Source of the DNA: Elusimicrobiota bacterium
GTDB lineage: Bacteria > Elusimicrobiota > Elusimicrobia > UBA1565 > UBA9628
Assembly: GCA_023249645.1 (NCBI GenBank)
Contig: JAHFCF010000006.1
Location: 56,124 to 120,123, forward strand
Length of the DNA: 64,000 nucleotides
Direction of reading: 5' to 3'
Shown here: one piece after another, positions 17,716-28,284 of the stretch
Position numbering within the stretch: position 1 is the stretch's first letter
Layout: every line of letters begins with the position of its first letter
Translations under genes and position numbers: made by a program
Notes under the pieces: model-generated
The model's input: the letters and a program-made list of their open reading frames with translations, nothing else
Told to the model about the DNA's origin: nothing
The model's database searches: none

Positions 17716-19099
17716 ACCCGTGGAGAACACCAGCGTCAATGCGGAAGAGAACAAGGCCGCCCCGGCCGCCGGTCCCGCTTCCAACGGCGGCGAAGCAGCG
17801 GCGCCCAGGCCTTCCGCGCCGCTCACCCAGTTGGACGTCACCCAGCTTTCCAAGATGACCATCGCGCAGCTCAATGAGATCGCCAAGAATCTCAAGCTCG
17901 AAGGCATCTCGGGCCTGCGCAAGCAGGAGATGATCGCCAAGATCCTCGAGGGCCAGCTCAAGGCCAACGGCATGATCTACGACGAGGGCGTCCTGGAGAT
18001 CCTGCCCGACGGCTTCGGTTTCCTGCGCTCGCAGGAGTACAACTACCTCTCCGGCCCGGACGACATCTACATCTCGCCGTCGCAGGTCAAGAGGTTCGGC
18101 TTGCGCAAGGGCGACACGGTCGCTGGCTTCGTGCGCCCGCCCCGGGAGGGAGAGCGCTTCTTCGCTCTGCTGCAGGTCAAGAAGATCAACGGCATCGATT
18201 CCGAGCTCTTGAGGGACCGACCCTTCTTTGACAACTTGACGCCTCTGCATCCCGACGAGCGCTTCACCCTCGAGGTCGAGCGCAACGAGCTCACCACGAG
18301 GCTGATGGACCTCTTCTGCCCCATCGGCAAGGGCCAGCGCGGGCTCATCGTGGCCGCGCCCAAGACGGGCAAGACCATCATCCTGCAGAAGATCGCCAAC
18401 GCGGTCGCCGCCAACCATCCGGGCGTGACGGTCATGGTGCTTTTGATCGACGAGCGGCCCGAGGAAGTGACGGACATGAAGCGCAACATCAAGGGAGAGG
18501 TCATCTCCTCGACCTTCGACGAGCCGGCGGACCGGCACGTGCAGGTGGCCGAGATGGTCCTGGAGCGGGCCAAGCGCTTGGTCGAGATGGGGCGCGACGT
18601 GGTGATCCTGTTGGATTCGATCACGCGGCTGGCGCGGGCCTTCAACACGATCTGTCCCTCCACGGGCCGGGTGCTCTCCGGGGGCCTCGAGGCGACCTCG
18701 CTGCAGAGGCCCAAGCGGTTCTTGGGCGCGGCGCGCAACATCGAGGAGGGGGGCAGCCTCACCATCATGGGCACGGCCCTGGTGGACACGGGCTCTCGCA
18801 TGGACGAGGTCATCTTCGAGGAGTTCAAGGGCACGGGCAATTCCGAGATGTGCCTGGACCGCAAGCTCGCGGATAGGCGCATGTTCCCGGCCATCGACAT
18901 CAACCGCTCCGGCACGCGCAAGGAAGAGCTCCTCATGTCCGAGGATGAACTCAACAAGATGTGGATCCTGCGCAAGGTCCTCGCACCCTTGGGATCGGTG
19001 GAGGCCATGGACCTGCTGCGCGACAAGCTCCTCTCAACAAAGAGCAACAAGGACTTCCTGAGGTCCATGGAACTCTCCAATCTCTCGGAGTCTGAATGA
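17705..19099 (+). CDS. rho: Transcription termination factor Rho
   Basis: 464 aa with an N-terminal extension, an RNA-binding OB domain and the ATPase core ([15 protein letters not shown], Walker A; DSITRLARA). Confidence 0.9.
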   Translation: MEDKPVENTSVNAEENKAAPAAGPASNGGEAAAPRPSAPLTQLDVTQLSKMTIAQLNEIAKNLKLEGISGLRKQEMIAKILEGQLKANGMIYDEGVLEILPDGFGFLRSQEYNYLSGPDDIYISPSQVKRFGLRKGDTVAGFVRPPREGERFFALLQVKKINGIDSELLRDRPFFDNLTPLHPDERFTLEVERNELTTRLMDLFCPIGKGQRGLIVAAPKTGKTIILQKIANAVAANHPGVTVMVLLIDERPEEVTDMKRNIKGEVISSTFDEPADRHVQVAEMVLERAKRLVEMGRDVVILLDSITRLARAFNTICPSTGRVLSGGLEATSLQRPKRFLGAARNIEEGGSLTIMGTALVDTGSRMDEVIFEEFKGTGNSEMCLDRKLADRRMFPAIDINRSGTRKEELLMSEDELNKMWILRKVLAPLGSVEAMDLLRDKLLSTKSNKDFLRSMELSNLSESE

Positions 19100-20037
19100 G
19101 TCTGGAACAGCGCCGCTGGAGGGAATTCTTGGCCTTGTGCTGCGCCTTGTTATTCCTTTCCGTGTATGCGCGTTCCACGCTGGCCCCGCAGGTCCCGGAC
19201 CAGGCTGATTGGGAGCGCTACTCGGTCCTGACGCCGGCCGGTCCCGAGGAGCCCCGCCCCGAGGTCTTCCATAAGATCAAGCGCCTTCTGTGGACCGAGC
19301 ACAAGGTGGGCCGAAACGAGTACCGGGAATCTCTGGCCAAGCTTTACCGCACGACGGTCCCGAGCCTGCAGACCACCAACAACGACGAGCTCTACATCTG
19401 CGGGACCGGCCGCAAGCTGATCGTGCACAACCAGGACGGCAGGCTCTACGAGGTCCGCAAGGATTCGGAGACCTTGGGCCATGTCTTGGCGCGCTTCGAG
19501 AGCGATGCGAAGCGGCGTCAACAGCTTCGGGGATGGGTGGTGAAGGCCAATGCCTTGCCGGGATCGTCTCTCATCGAGACTTATTATCTGGAAAAGGGGC
19601 AGCGCATCCTCCTGCCCGCGGGGCAGCCGAAATTCGACACCTTCCATTATCCGGTCTCGAGCGTCACGCGCTTAAGCTCCCGCTTCGGTCTGCGCCGCCA
19701 TCCCATCTACGGCGATCGGCGCATGCACGCGGGCATCGACATCCCCAAGCCCTACGGCACGCCGGTCTATCCGGCGCGCAGCGGGATCGTGATCGAGACC
19801 GGTTGGAAAGAGGGCTACGGGCTCCTGGTCATCGTCCGCCATTCCGACGGCTGGACGACCCGCTACGGCCATCTCTCCAAGATCGAGGCCCATGTCGGCC
19901 AGGAGGTCCAGCGCGGCAAGACCCTGCTCGGCAAGGTGGGAGCCACCGGCCACGCCACGGGACCGCACCTCCACTTCGAGGTCCGCGACCGCAGCGGCAA
20001 GCCCGTCAATCCCTCCGCCAAAATCGGCCGCCGCTAA
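19096..20037 (+). CDS. M23 family (LytM-domain) peptidoglycan endopeptidase
   Basis: C-terminal HAGIDI...[22 protein letters not shown]...[15 protein letters not shown] matches the M23 HxxxD / HxH signature. Confidence 0.8.
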   Translation: MSLEQRRWREFLALCCALLFLSVYARSTLAPQVPDQADWERYSVLTPAGPEEPRPEVFHKIKRLLWTEHKVGRNEYRESLAKLYRTTVPSLQTTNNDELYICGTGRKLIVHNQDGRLYEVRKDSETLGHVLARFESDAKRRQQLRGWVVKANALPGSSLIETYYLEKGQRILLPAGQPKFDTFHYPVSSVTRLSSRFGLRRHPIYGDRRMHAGIDIPKPYGTPVYPARSGIVIETGWKEGYGLLVIVRHSDGWTTRYGHLSKIEAHVGQEVQRGKTLLGKVGATGHATGPHLHFEVRDRSGKPVNPSAKIGRR

Positions 20038-20038
20038 T

Positions 20039-20093
20039 GGGGTCAGGTCTTGACTTTTGACTAAGCTTCAGTCAAAAGTCAAGACCTGACCCC
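20039..20093. repeat. Perfect inverted repeat: 24-bp arms (GGGGTCAGGTCTTGACTTTTGACT / AGTCAAAAGTCAAGACCTGACCCC), 7-nt spacer
   Basis: Seen directly 1 nt after the lytM-like stop and ahead of the rpmE promoter. The right arm recurs at 56891-56917. Confidence 0.8.
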
Positions 20094-20100
20094 CTTATGC

Positions 20101-20106
20101 TATAAT
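20101..20106 (+). promoter_or_regulatory. -10-like TATAAT upstream of rpmE
   Basis: Sequence gcTATAATtgatttATG. It is 7 nt from ATG 20113, so the leader would be very short. Tentative. Confidence 0.3.
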
Positions 20107-20112
20107 TGATTT

Positions 20113-20469
20113 ATGAAACCAGGAATACATCCCCTCTACAACAACGCCAAGGTGGTCTGCGCCTGCGGCACGACCTTTGCGACACGCTCCACCAAGGAGC
20201 TCATCAAGCTGGAGATCTGCTCGGGCTGCCATCCTTTCTTCACCGGCCAGCAGAAGCTCATCGACACGGCGGGCCGCGTCGAGCGCTTCCGCAAGCGCTT
20301 CGAGTCGACCGGCGGCAAGACCGTGGTGCGCGCGCCGATCAAGAGCGCAGTCAAGAGTCTCGAGCAGGTCGGCTCAGCGGCCAAGCGCAAGGTCCTGACC
20401 ACCGCTCCGACCAAGGAGACCAAGCTCAAGGCTCCGGCAGCCAAGAAGCCGGCCAAAAAGGAAGCTTAG
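20113..20469 (+). CDS. rpmE: 50S ribosomal protein L31 with Lys/Ala-rich C-terminal extension
   Basis: Sequence [27 protein letters not shown]...[10 protein letters not shown] matches L31, including the Zn-ribbon cysteines. Confidence 0.85.
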   Translation: MKPGIHPLYNNAKVVCACGTTFATRSTKELIKLEICSGCHPFFTGQQKLIDTAGRVERFRKRFESTGGKTVVRAPIKSAVKSLEQVGSAAKRKVLTTAPTKETKLKAPAAKKPAKKEA

Positions 20470-20485
20470 ACTCCCGACACGCGTC

Positions 20486-20511
20486 GACCCCGGCCTTTCG
20501 AGGCCGGGGTC
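20486..20511 (+). terminator. Stem-loop between rpmE and prfA (GACCCCGGCC tttcga GGCCGGGGTC); possible terminator or attenuator
   Basis: 10-bp GC stem with a 6-nt loop, followed by gttcatttc (weak U tract). Confidence 0.35.
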
Positions 20512-20520
20512 GTTCATTTC

Positions 20521-21582
20521 ATGGACTCTCAACTCAAGAAGTTGGAAGCCGAGTTCAAGGCTTTGGAGGATCGTCTCTCCCGTGGGGATGTCGCGCCCGC
20601 GGAGATGAAGGACCTTTCCCGCCGGCATGCCCAGCTCGCGCCTCTCTCGGCGCGGGTCCGCGAACTCGATCGCCTGGAAGCCGAGATCCGGGATCTCGAA
20701 ACCCTCCTGGATGGCACGGATCCCGAGATGAGGGAGATGGCCGCCTATGAGAAGCCCGAAGTCGCGCGCCGGGCCAAGGCTTTGGAGGATGCGCTGCGTT
20801 TGGAATTGGTGCCCAAGGATCCCAACGAGGGCAAGAACGTCTTCCTCGAGATCCGCTCGGGCGCCGGCGGCGACGAGGCGGCGCTCTTCGCCGCCGAGCT
20901 CTTGCGCCTTTACACGCGATTCGCCGAGAACCAGGGCTGGAGGGCGGAGCTCGTGGACATGAACTCCACGGGCTTGAAGGGCGTCAAGCAGGCCATCCTC
21001 TACATCCAAGGCAAGGAGGTCTACTCCTGGCTGCGCCACGAGGGGGGAGTCCACCGCGTGCAGCGCGTGCCCGTGACCGAGGGCTCCGGTCGCATCCATA
21101 CTTCGACCGTGACCGTGGCGGTCATGCCCGAGGCCGACGAGGTCGAGGTGGCCATCAAGACCGATGAGCTCAAGATCGATACCTACCGCGCCGGCGGCGC
21201 GGGCGGCCAGAACGTCAACAAGGTCGAGACAGCGATCCGCATCACGCATCTGCCCACGGGAGTCGTGGTGCAGTGCCAGGACGAGCGCTCACAGCTCAAG
21301 AACAAGATGAAGGCCATGAAGGTCCTGGCCGCCAAGCTCGCCGACATCCAAAGAGAAAAGGCCGTGGCCGAGAACGTGTCGGCACGGCGCCTTCAGGTCG
21401 GCACCGGCGACCGCTCCGAAAAGATCCGCACCTACAATTTTCCCCAGAACCGCGTGACCGACCACAGACTCGAACAATCCTGGTATAACCTTCCAGCAGT
21501 CATGGAAGGCGAGATCGCGCCGATCTTCCAAGCCCTGCGCGACGAAGCCCGGCGCAAGGCCCTGGAAGGTTCCCCGTCTTGA
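20521..21582 (+). CDS. prfA: Peptide chain release factor 1
   Basis: Has the GGQ motif ([16 protein letters not shown]) and the PxT-region architecture of RF1. Confidence 0.95.
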   Translation: MDSQLKKLEAEFKALEDRLSRGDVAPAEMKDLSRRHAQLAPLSARVRELDRLEAEIRDLETLLDGTDPEMREMAAYEKPEVARRAKALEDALRLELVPKDPNEGKNVFLEIRSGAGGDEAALFAAELLRLYTRFAENQGWRAELVDMNSTGLKGVKQAILYIQGKEVYSWLRHEGGVHRVQRVPVTEGSGRIHTSTVTVAVMPEADEVEVAIKTDELKIDTYRAGGAGGQNVNKVETAIRITHLPTGVVVQCQDERSQLKNKMKAMKVLAAKLADIQREKAVAENVSARRLQVGTGDRSEKIRTYNFPQNRVTDHRLEQSWYNLPAVMEGEIAPIFQALRDEARRKALEGSPS

Positions 21583-22409
21583 CCTTGGCCGACGCCGCCG
21601 CTTTTCTTTCCGAACATGGCGTGGATGAGGCGCAGGCCAACGCGGAGATCATCCTGGCCGCTGTCCTGAAGACCGGCCGCAATGAGGCAAAGCTCAGGGC
21701 TTCTGAGCCCTTGAGCGATGAGCAAACAAATGTTTTTCGGCGTTATGTGGAGGAACGGGCCAGCCGCCGGCCCTTGGCTTATGTCCTGGGCTCTCAGAGC
21801 TTCATGGGTCTCGACATGGCCGTCGATCCGCGCGTCCTGATCCCGCGGCCGGAGACCGAGGAACTGGTGGTCGAGGCTGAGAAATGCCTGCGTTCGTTGA
21901 ATGCGCCCAAGCCGCATATCCTGGAGATCGGGACCGGCTCAGGCTGCATCGCCATCGCCTTGGCCAAGAGTTTCCCGTCCGCCGAGGTCCGCGCCACGGA
22001 CATCAGCCTCGAGGCTCTCGCCGTGGCTGCACGCAACGCGCGCACCCACGGCGTGGAGCGCCGCGTCCGTTTGATCCAGGAGGATCTTTTTCAGCCTTCG
22101 GATCTGCCCGCAGGCTGGGCGCATCTCGTCGTCTCCAATCCTCCCTACATCCCCCAAGACGCGATCGAGGGGCTTGATCCCGAGGTCTGTCAGGAACCGC
22201 ATGAGGCCTTGGATGGCGGTCCGGACGGCTTGGACGCCCTGCGCGTTTTGGCGCAGAAGGCGCAGCGTTGGCTGGGCTTTGATGGTTTTTTTGTGTTCGA
22301 GTTCGGAGCCGGCCAGGGTCCGGCAGTCTCTTCCATGGTTTTTTTCCGCGAGATTAGGCTGCTCAAGGATGCGCAGGGCCTAGAGCGCATCGCTGTGGCG
22401 CGTTTCTAG
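21579..22409 (+). CDS. prmC: Release factor glutamine N5-methyltransferase
   Basis: Has the SAM-binding motif ([13 protein letters not shown]) and the NPPY motif (VSNPPYI). Overlaps the prfA stop. Confidence 0.85.
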   Translation: MTLADAAAFLSEHGVDEAQANAEIILAAVLKTGRNEAKLRASEPLSDEQTNVFRRYVEERASRRPLAYVLGSQSFMGLDMAVDPRVLIPRPETEELVVEAEKCLRSLNAPKPHILEIGTGSGCIAIALAKSFPSAEVRATDISLEALAVAARNARTHGVERRVRLIQEDLFQPSDLPAGWAHLVVSNPPYIPQDAIEGLDPEVCQEPHEALDGGPDGLDALRVLAQKAQRWLGFDGFFVFEFGAGQGPAVSSMVFFREIRLLKDAQGLERIAVARF

Positions 22410-22461
22410 GTTTTTTCGGGTCTGACGGTTGAGTGTTTATGTATAATTCACGAACCTAAAT

Positions 22462-23715
22462 ATGGACCGCTTTATCATTGATGGCGGAAAATCCTTGCGC
22501 GGGACCTTGCGCGTGAGTGGTTCCAAGAATGCCGCGCTGCCCATCCTCATCGCCACGCTCTTGACGGACGAGCCCTGCCTCATCGAGAACGTGCCCACGC
22601 GTCTGCGCGACATCCGGCTCACCTTCCGCGTGCTGGAAGCCATCGGCAAGCGTGTGGAGGTCTCAGGGACCAATGTCACGGTCGTCGATGACAAGCCCCT
22701 GAAGACCCGCGCGCCCTACGAGCTCGTCAAGCAGATGAGGGCCTCGGTCCTCGTGGCCGGGCCGCTCTTGGCGCGCTTTGGCTGGGTGCGCGTTCCTATC
22801 CCGGGGGGCTGTGCCATCGGGGTGCGGCCCATCGACATCCATCTCAAGGGCTTCGAGGACCTGGGAGCTCGGCGCACCTTCGAGGCCGGAGACATCATCC
22901 TGGATTCGCCCCTGCGCCCGGGGACGATCCGCTTCAAATTCCCCAGCGTGGGCGCGACCGAGAACCTCATGCTGGCGGCCGCGGCGCTGCCGGGAATGAC
23001 GATCCTGCGCAACGCCGCGCGCGAGCCGGAGATCGGGGATCTGGGCCGCTTCTTGACCGCCATGGGAGCGCGCGTGACCGGGGCCGGCACCTCGACCATC
23101 ACCGTGCGAGGCGCGCGCCATTTGCATGGCGCTCGCCACGCCGTCATCGCGGACCGCATCGAGGCGGGCACCTTGATGCTCGCGGCCGCGGCTGCTCAGG
23201 GCAGCCTGAGGCTCCTGGCCGTGGAGCCGAAGCATCTTAAGGCCCTGACGGGGAAGATGCGTTGCGCCGGGGCTGTCGTCCGCGAGGAAAAAGACGGGAT
23301 CTTCATGTCCATGAAGGGCCGGCCTAGGCCTGTCTCGATTGCGACTGCGCCCTATCCGGGATTTCCCACGGACCTGCAGGCGCCGTGGATGGCCTGGATG
23401 TGCCTGGCCCGCGGCCGATGCCGCGTGCAGGAGACGGTGTTCGAGAACCGCTTCCTCCATGCCGCCGAGCTCTCGCGCATGGGGGGCCGAGTCTCTCTGT
23501 CCGGGAAGACGGCGGCGGTCGAGGGCGTGCCGCAGCTTTGCGGCGCTCCGGTCATGGCCTCGGATCTGCGCGCCGGAGCGGCGCTCGTGGTCGCGGCGCT
23601 CGCGGCCCGCGGCAGGACCATGGTGCAGCGCGTCTACCACATCGATCGGGGCTATGAGCGCCTGGAGATCCGGCTCAGAGTCTTGGGCGCGAAGATCAGG
23701 CGCGTGCATCGATGA
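22462..23715 (+). CDS. murA: UDP-N-acetylglucosamine 1-carboxyvinyltransferase
   Basis: 417 aa. MDRFIIDGGKSLRGTLRVSGSKNAALPIL is the typical MurA N-terminus. Confidence 0.95.
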   Translation: MDRFIIDGGKSLRGTLRVSGSKNAALPILIATLLTDEPCLIENVPTRLRDIRLTFRVLEAIGKRVEVSGTNVTVVDDKPLKTRAPYELVKQMRASVLVAGPLLARFGWVRVPIPGGCAIGVRPIDIHLKGFEDLGARRTFEAGDIILDSPLRPGTIRFKFPSVGATENLMLAAAALPGMTILRNAAREPEIGDLGRFLTAMGARVTGAGTSTITVRGARHLHGARHAVIADRIEAGTLMLAAAAAQGSLRLLAVEPKHLKALTGKMRCAGAVVREEKDGIFMSMKGRPRPVSIATAPYPGFPTDLQAPWMAWMCLARGRCRVQETVFENRFLHAAELSRMGGRVSLSGKTAAVEGVPQLCGAPVMASDLRAGAALVVAALAARGRTMVQRVYHIDRGYERLEIRLRVLGAKIRRVHR

Positions 23716-25001
23716 CCTTCCCGTCAGCGCTGCGCCGGCTCGAGCAACGCCAGGAAGAGCGCGTGAGGCTCGGTCTTTTGCGCGTGCGCCGCGTGTTGAA
23801 GCGCCTGGGCGATCCCCAGCAGGACCTTTCCTGCCTCCATGTGGCCGGCACCAATGGCAAGGGCTCTGTCTGCGCGATCCTGGAATCAGTCCTGCGTGCG
23901 GCGGGACGCAAGACCGGGCTCTACATCTCTCCGCATCTTCAGTCCGTGCGTGAGCGCATCCAGGTCGGAGGCCGGCCGATCTCTGCGTTCGATTTTTCTC
24001 GGCTTTTCAGTGCCGTCTGGAAAGCGGACGATCGTCAGGAGCTGAGCTATTTCGAGCTTCTGACCTGCGTCGCTTTTCTCCACTTCCGCCAGACCCGGAC
24101 GGAGATCGTCGTCTTGGAAACCGGCCTGGGAGGCCGTCTGGATGCGACGAATGTCGTGCCCCAACCCCTGGCCAGCGTCATCACCTCCGTGGATTACGAC
24201 CATCAAGAGTGGTTGGGCTCGACCTTGTCTCTGATCGCGGCTGAAAAAGCTGGGATCATCAAGCCGGGCTGCCCGGTCTTCTGCCCGAGACTGCCTGACG
24301 CGGCTCTGCGTCCGATCCAGCGTCGGGCTCGCGCATGTCGAGCGTCCCTGAGCGTCTTGCGCCGGCCCTGGGACACGATCTCCGTGGATTGGCGCCGCAA
24401 TCGTCAGGTCGTGAGCGATGGCCGACGGAGATACGTCCTGTCCCTTCTCGGTTCGTCGCAGGGCGGCAACGCCGCCCTGGCTCGGATGGTCCTGGACCGC
24501 GTCTTTCCCGTGCCTGAATCCGCTTGGCGCGCGGGTCTCTCCCAGGTGCATTGGCCCGGCCGCTTCGAGGTCATCCCCATCAACGGAAAGACAGCGATCG
24601 TGGACGGCGGCCATAATCCCGAGGCTCTCCGGGCTCTGGAGAGGACTCTGGCGCAATCGCCCTGGCAGCATCGCTCTCTGCGCTGGATCATGGGCCTGAT
24701 GCGCGAGAAGGACCGCCGATCCGTTGTGGGCGCGTTGGCCCGGCGACTCAAAGACGTGGTGGTGACCCAGCCGCGTTCTCCCCGGGCCCTGGCGGCGGCG
24801 GAGCTGGCCCGTGAGATCCAGCGGCAAGCGCCCGCGGCAATGGTGCGGGAGACTGCGGATGTGCGCCAAGCCATGCGCGAGTGGCTTGCCGATCCGCAGA
24901 CGCCCAAGACCGCGATGATCTGCGGCTCGTTTTATCTGGCTGCTCAGGCTCGTTGTGTTCTGGCGATGAAGAGGAGAGGCTTCCGTGAATCCGTTTTGTG
25001 A
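23712..25001 (+). CDS. folC: Folylpolyglutamate synthase / dihydrofolate synthase
   Basis: Mur-ligase-family P-loop HVAGTNGKGS. 429 aa. Confidence 0.85.
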   Translation: MTFPSALRRLEQRQEERVRLGLLRVRRVLKRLGDPQQDLSCLHVAGTNGKGSVCAILESVLRAAGRKTGLYISPHLQSVRERIQVGGRPISAFDFSRLFSAVWKADDRQELSYFELLTCVAFLHFRQTRTEIVVLETGLGGRLDATNVVPQPLASVITSVDYDHQEWLGSTLSLIAAEKAGIIKPGCPVFCPRLPDAALRPIQRRARACRASLSVLRRPWDTISVDWRRNRQVVSDGRRRYVLSLLGSSQGGNAALARMVLDRVFPVPESAWRAGLSQVHWPGRFEVIPINGKTAIVDGGHNPEALRALERTLAQSPWQHRSLRWIMGLMREKDRRSVVGALARRLKDVVVTQPRSPRALAAAELAREIQRQAPAAMVRETADVRQAMREWLADPQTPKTAMICGSFYLAAQARCVLAMKRRGFRESVL

Positions 25002-25048
25002 TGGCGGCATGGTGAAAAAAAGAGATTATTTTTTAAGCACTTCTTTAG

Positions 25049-25074
25049 TTTTACCTCCACCGGTGGAGGTAAAA
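25049..25074. repeat. Perfect palindrome TTTTACCTCCACCGGTGGAGGTAAAA in an AT-rich spacer
   Basis: 26-nt perfect inverted repeat centred on CCGG, 48 nt after the folC stop. It is flanked by T4/A4, so it is not a canonical terminator on either strand. Confidence 0.7.
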
Positions 25075-25152
25075 CGGAAAAAGGCCAATGATTTAAATTT
25101 GAATTTCATCTCAAGCTACCATCTTTTTTGCGACATTGATAATTTTTTCAAG

Positions 25153-25174
25153 CAACTGTTGCCGGCAACAGTTG
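25153..25174. repeat. Palindrome CAACTGTTGCCGGCAACAGTTG (CTGT-N8-ACAG type) upstream of the ROK kinase gene
   Basis: Same CTGT-N8-ACAG architecture with a CCGG core as the 18-bp element at 1833, 17089, 30383 and 60139. Lies 43 nt upstream of ATG 25217. Confidence 0.7.
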
Positions 25175-25216
25175 GTCGACGTTCTTGGGGATGCGTCGAA
25201 AGTTTTGGAGGTCACA

Positions 25217-26173
25217 ATGCCTGAATCAGCTTTCGGCGTGGACGCGGGGGGGACTTTCACCAAGATCGCGGCGGTCTCAGGCCGGGGCAAGGTTCTTCGT
25301 TTGGAGGAATTTCCAACGGACCCGGCGGCGGGTCCCGGGGATTTTCTGGAGCGGGTCATCCGCGTCCTGGAACTCTGGCGCCGGCATGGCATCAAGGCTT
25401 CCAGCTTCGGACTGGGCCTAGCCGGGGATGTGGACCATGAGCGCGGCACGCTCAGGCTCACCCCCAACCTGCCCGGCTGGCAGGGATATCCTTTCGCCAA
25501 AGAATTCCACCAGCGGCTCCGCCTGCCCATGGTCGTCGAGAACGACGCCAACGCGGCGGTCTGGGGCGCCTATGTCACGCAGCTTGAGCGCCGGCCGCGC
25601 TCTGTCGTCGGCGTGACCCTGGGCACGGGCGTGGGCGGTGGCCTCATCATCGACGGCCGGCTTTACCGGGGGGCCACGGGCACCGCGGGAGAGATCGGAC
25701 ACACGCGGGTGGCGGCGTCCGGGGAGCCGTGCCATTGCGGGGCGCGGGGATGCCTGGAGGCCTATGTGGGCAACTACGGCATCGTGCGCACGGCCCGCAA
25801 GCTGCTGCGCGCCCGTCCGGGAAGCGGCCGCATCCTGCGCCGCTTGGTCCCGGATCTTAAGACTCTCACGCCCAAGCATCTTAAGGTTGCGGCGCAACGG
25901 GGGGATGCTCTTTCGCGCGAGGTGTGGGAGCGCACGGGAGAGATGCTGGGCCTGGGCCTTGCCAATGTGGTCATGGCGCTCAACCCGGACACGGTCGTGC
26001 TTTTAGGGGGCGTTTCCCGCGCCGGCCATTGGCTGCTCGATCCCGTGAAGCGCGTCTTCCTCGAACACCCTTTCCAAACCGCCCTGCGCCATGTCTCGCT
26101 GGGCCGAGCGGACAATCCGAATGCCGGCTGTGTGGGCGCGGCGCTCTTGGCCCGGGAGGGAGCGGGGCGTTGA
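25217..26173 (+). CDS. ROK family sugar kinase (glucokinase-like, no HTH domain)
   Basis: Sequence MPESAFGVDAGGTFTKIAAV carries the ROK/ASKHA N-terminal motif. The Zn motif CHCGARGCLE is present. GGAGGT RBS. The ORF-track start at 25136 is an upstream extension through the AT-rich spacer. Confidence 0.8.
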   Translation: MPESAFGVDAGGTFTKIAAVSGRGKVLRLEEFPTDPAAGPGDFLERVIRVLELWRRHGIKASSFGLGLAGDVDHERGTLRLTPNLPGWQGYPFAKEFHQRLRLPMVVENDANAAVWGAYVTQLERRPRSVVGVTLGTGVGGGLIIDGRLYRGATGTAGEIGHTRVAASGEPCHCGARGCLEAYVGNYGIVRTARKLLRARPGSGRILRRLVPDLKTLTPKHLKVAAQRGDALSREVWERTGEMLGLGLANVVMALNPDTVVLLGGVSRAGHWLLDPVKRVFLEHPFQTALRHVSLGRADNPNAGCVGAALLAREGAGR

Positions 26174-28263
26174 TCTTTCATTTTCTGCTGACGTTTTTTT
26201 TGGCGGCGCCCAGGCTCTGGGCCGCGGACAATGTCCTGCCGCCGCCGCCCGCGGCGCCTCATCTGGATTTCGTCGCCGACCATCTGGACTATGACCGTTC
26301 CGCTTCGATGCTTCACCTCAAGGGGGCGGTCGTTGTGCATGAGAGCACCTGGACTCTGAAGGGCGACGAGGTCTGGATCAACACGACGCAGAAGCGCGGC
26401 CGCTCCGAAGGCCACCTGTTCGTGGACAACGGCTTGAGCGCTGTCTCGGGGCAGGCGGGGGAGTTCGATTTTTCGGACCATTCCGGCGTCCTTTACAACG
26501 CTTCGGCCGGCTACGGTGAGTGGCGCGTGCACGCCAAGAGCATGGCCCTGGATCCGACCAAGCACCTCTATTATGCGGACGCGAATTTCACGAGCTGCTA
26601 CTATGTGCCGCCCCACTATCATTTCCACGCCACCCACATGACCGTGCTTCCTGGCGATTATTTTACGGCTCGCAATGTCCTCTTCTATATCGGGCCCGTC
26701 CCGGTGTTCTACCTGCCGTATCTCTACAAATCCATCAGCGCTTCCCATCTGTTACGCTTTAAATTCCAGCCCGGCTATGACCATCGCAACGGGGCCTTCC
26801 TCAAGGGGACCCTGACCACACAGCACTCTCCGACGTGGCGCAGCAAGATCTTTTTGGATTATTTCAGCAACCAGGGGGTCGGGGCCGGCGGAGAGATCAG
26901 CCATCGCGCGGGAATGGACTCGCGCGGCATCCTCTCCGGCTACCGCATCAAGGAGGACCAGACTTCCCTGCAGCGCTGGTCCGTGACCGGGGACCTCTAT
27001 CAGGGCTTTTTGAGTTCCTTCGCGGTCCAGGGGCGCCTGCAGGCCATGTCCGATCCGAACTTCAACAATGACTACGCGCGGGCCAGCCCCTTCCCCGTGA
27101 CGACGAATCTTCTCAACAGCGGCGCGCTGGTCTGGCGGCTGCCGCAGGTCACCAGCCGCCTCAGCTATTCGCGCGAGGACGACGCCGTTTCCACGAGCAC
27201 GTTCAAGAAAACCAGCGAGAGTTCGCCTCGGCTGGACGTCAACTCGGCCTCGCTGAAGTTTTTCGGGCTGCCCTGGCTCAATAACCTGTCGGGTTTCGCT
27301 GAAAACAACTTCAGCAACGGCCGCGACTACTTCCAAAAGACCGTGGGAGGCACTTGGCAGGCCATTCAGACCATCCCCCTGACGCAGAGCTTGAAGCTCA
27401 CCCCCTCGGCGCAATACGGTCGGACCCTCTATGACAAGCTGGATACGACTTCGGGTTCCGGGCCGACCTCGAGATTCAATAATGCCCAAGTCGGTCGCTA
27501 CACGCTCGCTGCCAACATGCGCTGGAGCAGTGTTCTGGGAAACCTCGATCTGGCACAGACCTACGGGGTGCGTGAAAAGGTGGATTCTTTCACCGACGAT
27601 TCGGGTGCCGTGGATCATGGGGTGGAAACCAACATGCTTACGGCCCTGCATGCCTACCGGCCGTATCGCACCGTTCTCATGCGTTTTAATTCCGGCTATG
27701 ATTTCCGGGTCTTTCGGGACCATGAGGTGGGTTTTCGCGACCGGGTCCAGCCCATCGTCGGCGACGTCTACTACACGCCCGCCCCTAATTTCAGCCTGAC
27801 CTTGCGGGATTATTATCAGCTGCACGGCGGCAACCAGAACTGCATCCTCAACGCCACCTGGGGCGACGAGCTGGGGACTTTCCTGACGACCGGCGTGGGC
27901 TACAACCTCTCCACCGCGGATATCTACTACCTCAATACCGAGTTCGGGATATCCGACTCCACGGGGATCGGCTCCAAGGGGACCTGGCATCTGAATGCTG
28001 CCTTGCGCTCCTTGGTCGTTTCCGATGGAAGCATCGGGAATCTTCACCGTTTCCAGATTTTCGAGAAAGAGGTGGCCTTGATCAAGAACTGGCACGACTT
28101 CTTCGGCCGCGTGGGCGTGCGTTTCAGGCCCGGCAACGTCAAGGAGTTCACCGTGCGCGCGGAGATGAAATTCGGGAGTTTCGACCAGGACCGCAAGATC
28201 ATCCATGACTGGGAGTCGGAGTGGTTCCCGGAGCGCGTCCATGGCAGAGAGGACAGGCCGTAA
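26170..28263 (+). CDS. lptD: LPS-assembly outer-membrane protein LptD
   Basis: TTG start at 26170 gives a signal peptide (LIFHFLLTFFLAAPRLWAADN). OstA-like N-terminal domain, then a large beta-barrel. The ORF-track 5' extension to 25924 overlaps the ROK gene and is rejected. Confidence 0.8.
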   Translation: MIFHFLLTFFLAAPRLWAADNVLPPPPAAPHLDFVADHLDYDRSASMLHLKGAVVVHESTWTLKGDEVWINTTQKRGRSEGHLFVDNGLSAVSGQAGEFDFSDHSGVLYNASAGYGEWRVHAKSMALDPTKHLYYADANFTSCYYVPPHYHFHATHMTVLPGDYFTARNVLFYIGPVPVFYLPYLYKSISASHLLRFKFQPGYDHRNGAFLKGTLTTQHSPTWRSKIFLDYFSNQGVGAGGEISHRAGMDSRGILSGYRIKEDQTSLQRWSVTGDLYQGFLSSFAVQGRLQAMSDPNFNNDYARASPFPVTTNLLNSGALVWRLPQVTSRLSYSREDDAVSTSTFKKTSESSPRLDVNSASLKFFGLPWLNNLSGFAENNFSNGRDYFQKTVGGTWQAIQTIPLTQSLKLTPSAQYGRTLYDKLDTTSGSGPTSRFNNAQVGRYTLAANMRWSSVLGNLDLAQTYGVREKVDSFTDDSGAVDHGVETNMLTALHAYRPYRTVLMRFNSGYDFRVFRDHEVGFRDRVQPIVGDVYYTPAPNFSLTLRDYYQLHGGNQNCILNATWGDELGTFLTTGVGYNLSTADIYYLNTEFGISDSTGIGSKGTWHLNAALRSLVVSDGSIGNLHRFQIFEKEVALIKNWHDFFGRVGVRFRPGNVKEFTVRAEMKFGSFDQDRKIIHDWESEWFPERVHGREDRP

Positions 28264-28284
28264 AATGGTAAAATCCAAACGCGC

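Noticed and set aside
25924-26169. 5' extension of the lptD ORF (ORF track starts at 25924)
   Set aside because: Overlaps the ROK kinase gene in a different frame. TTG 26170 gives a clean signal peptide.
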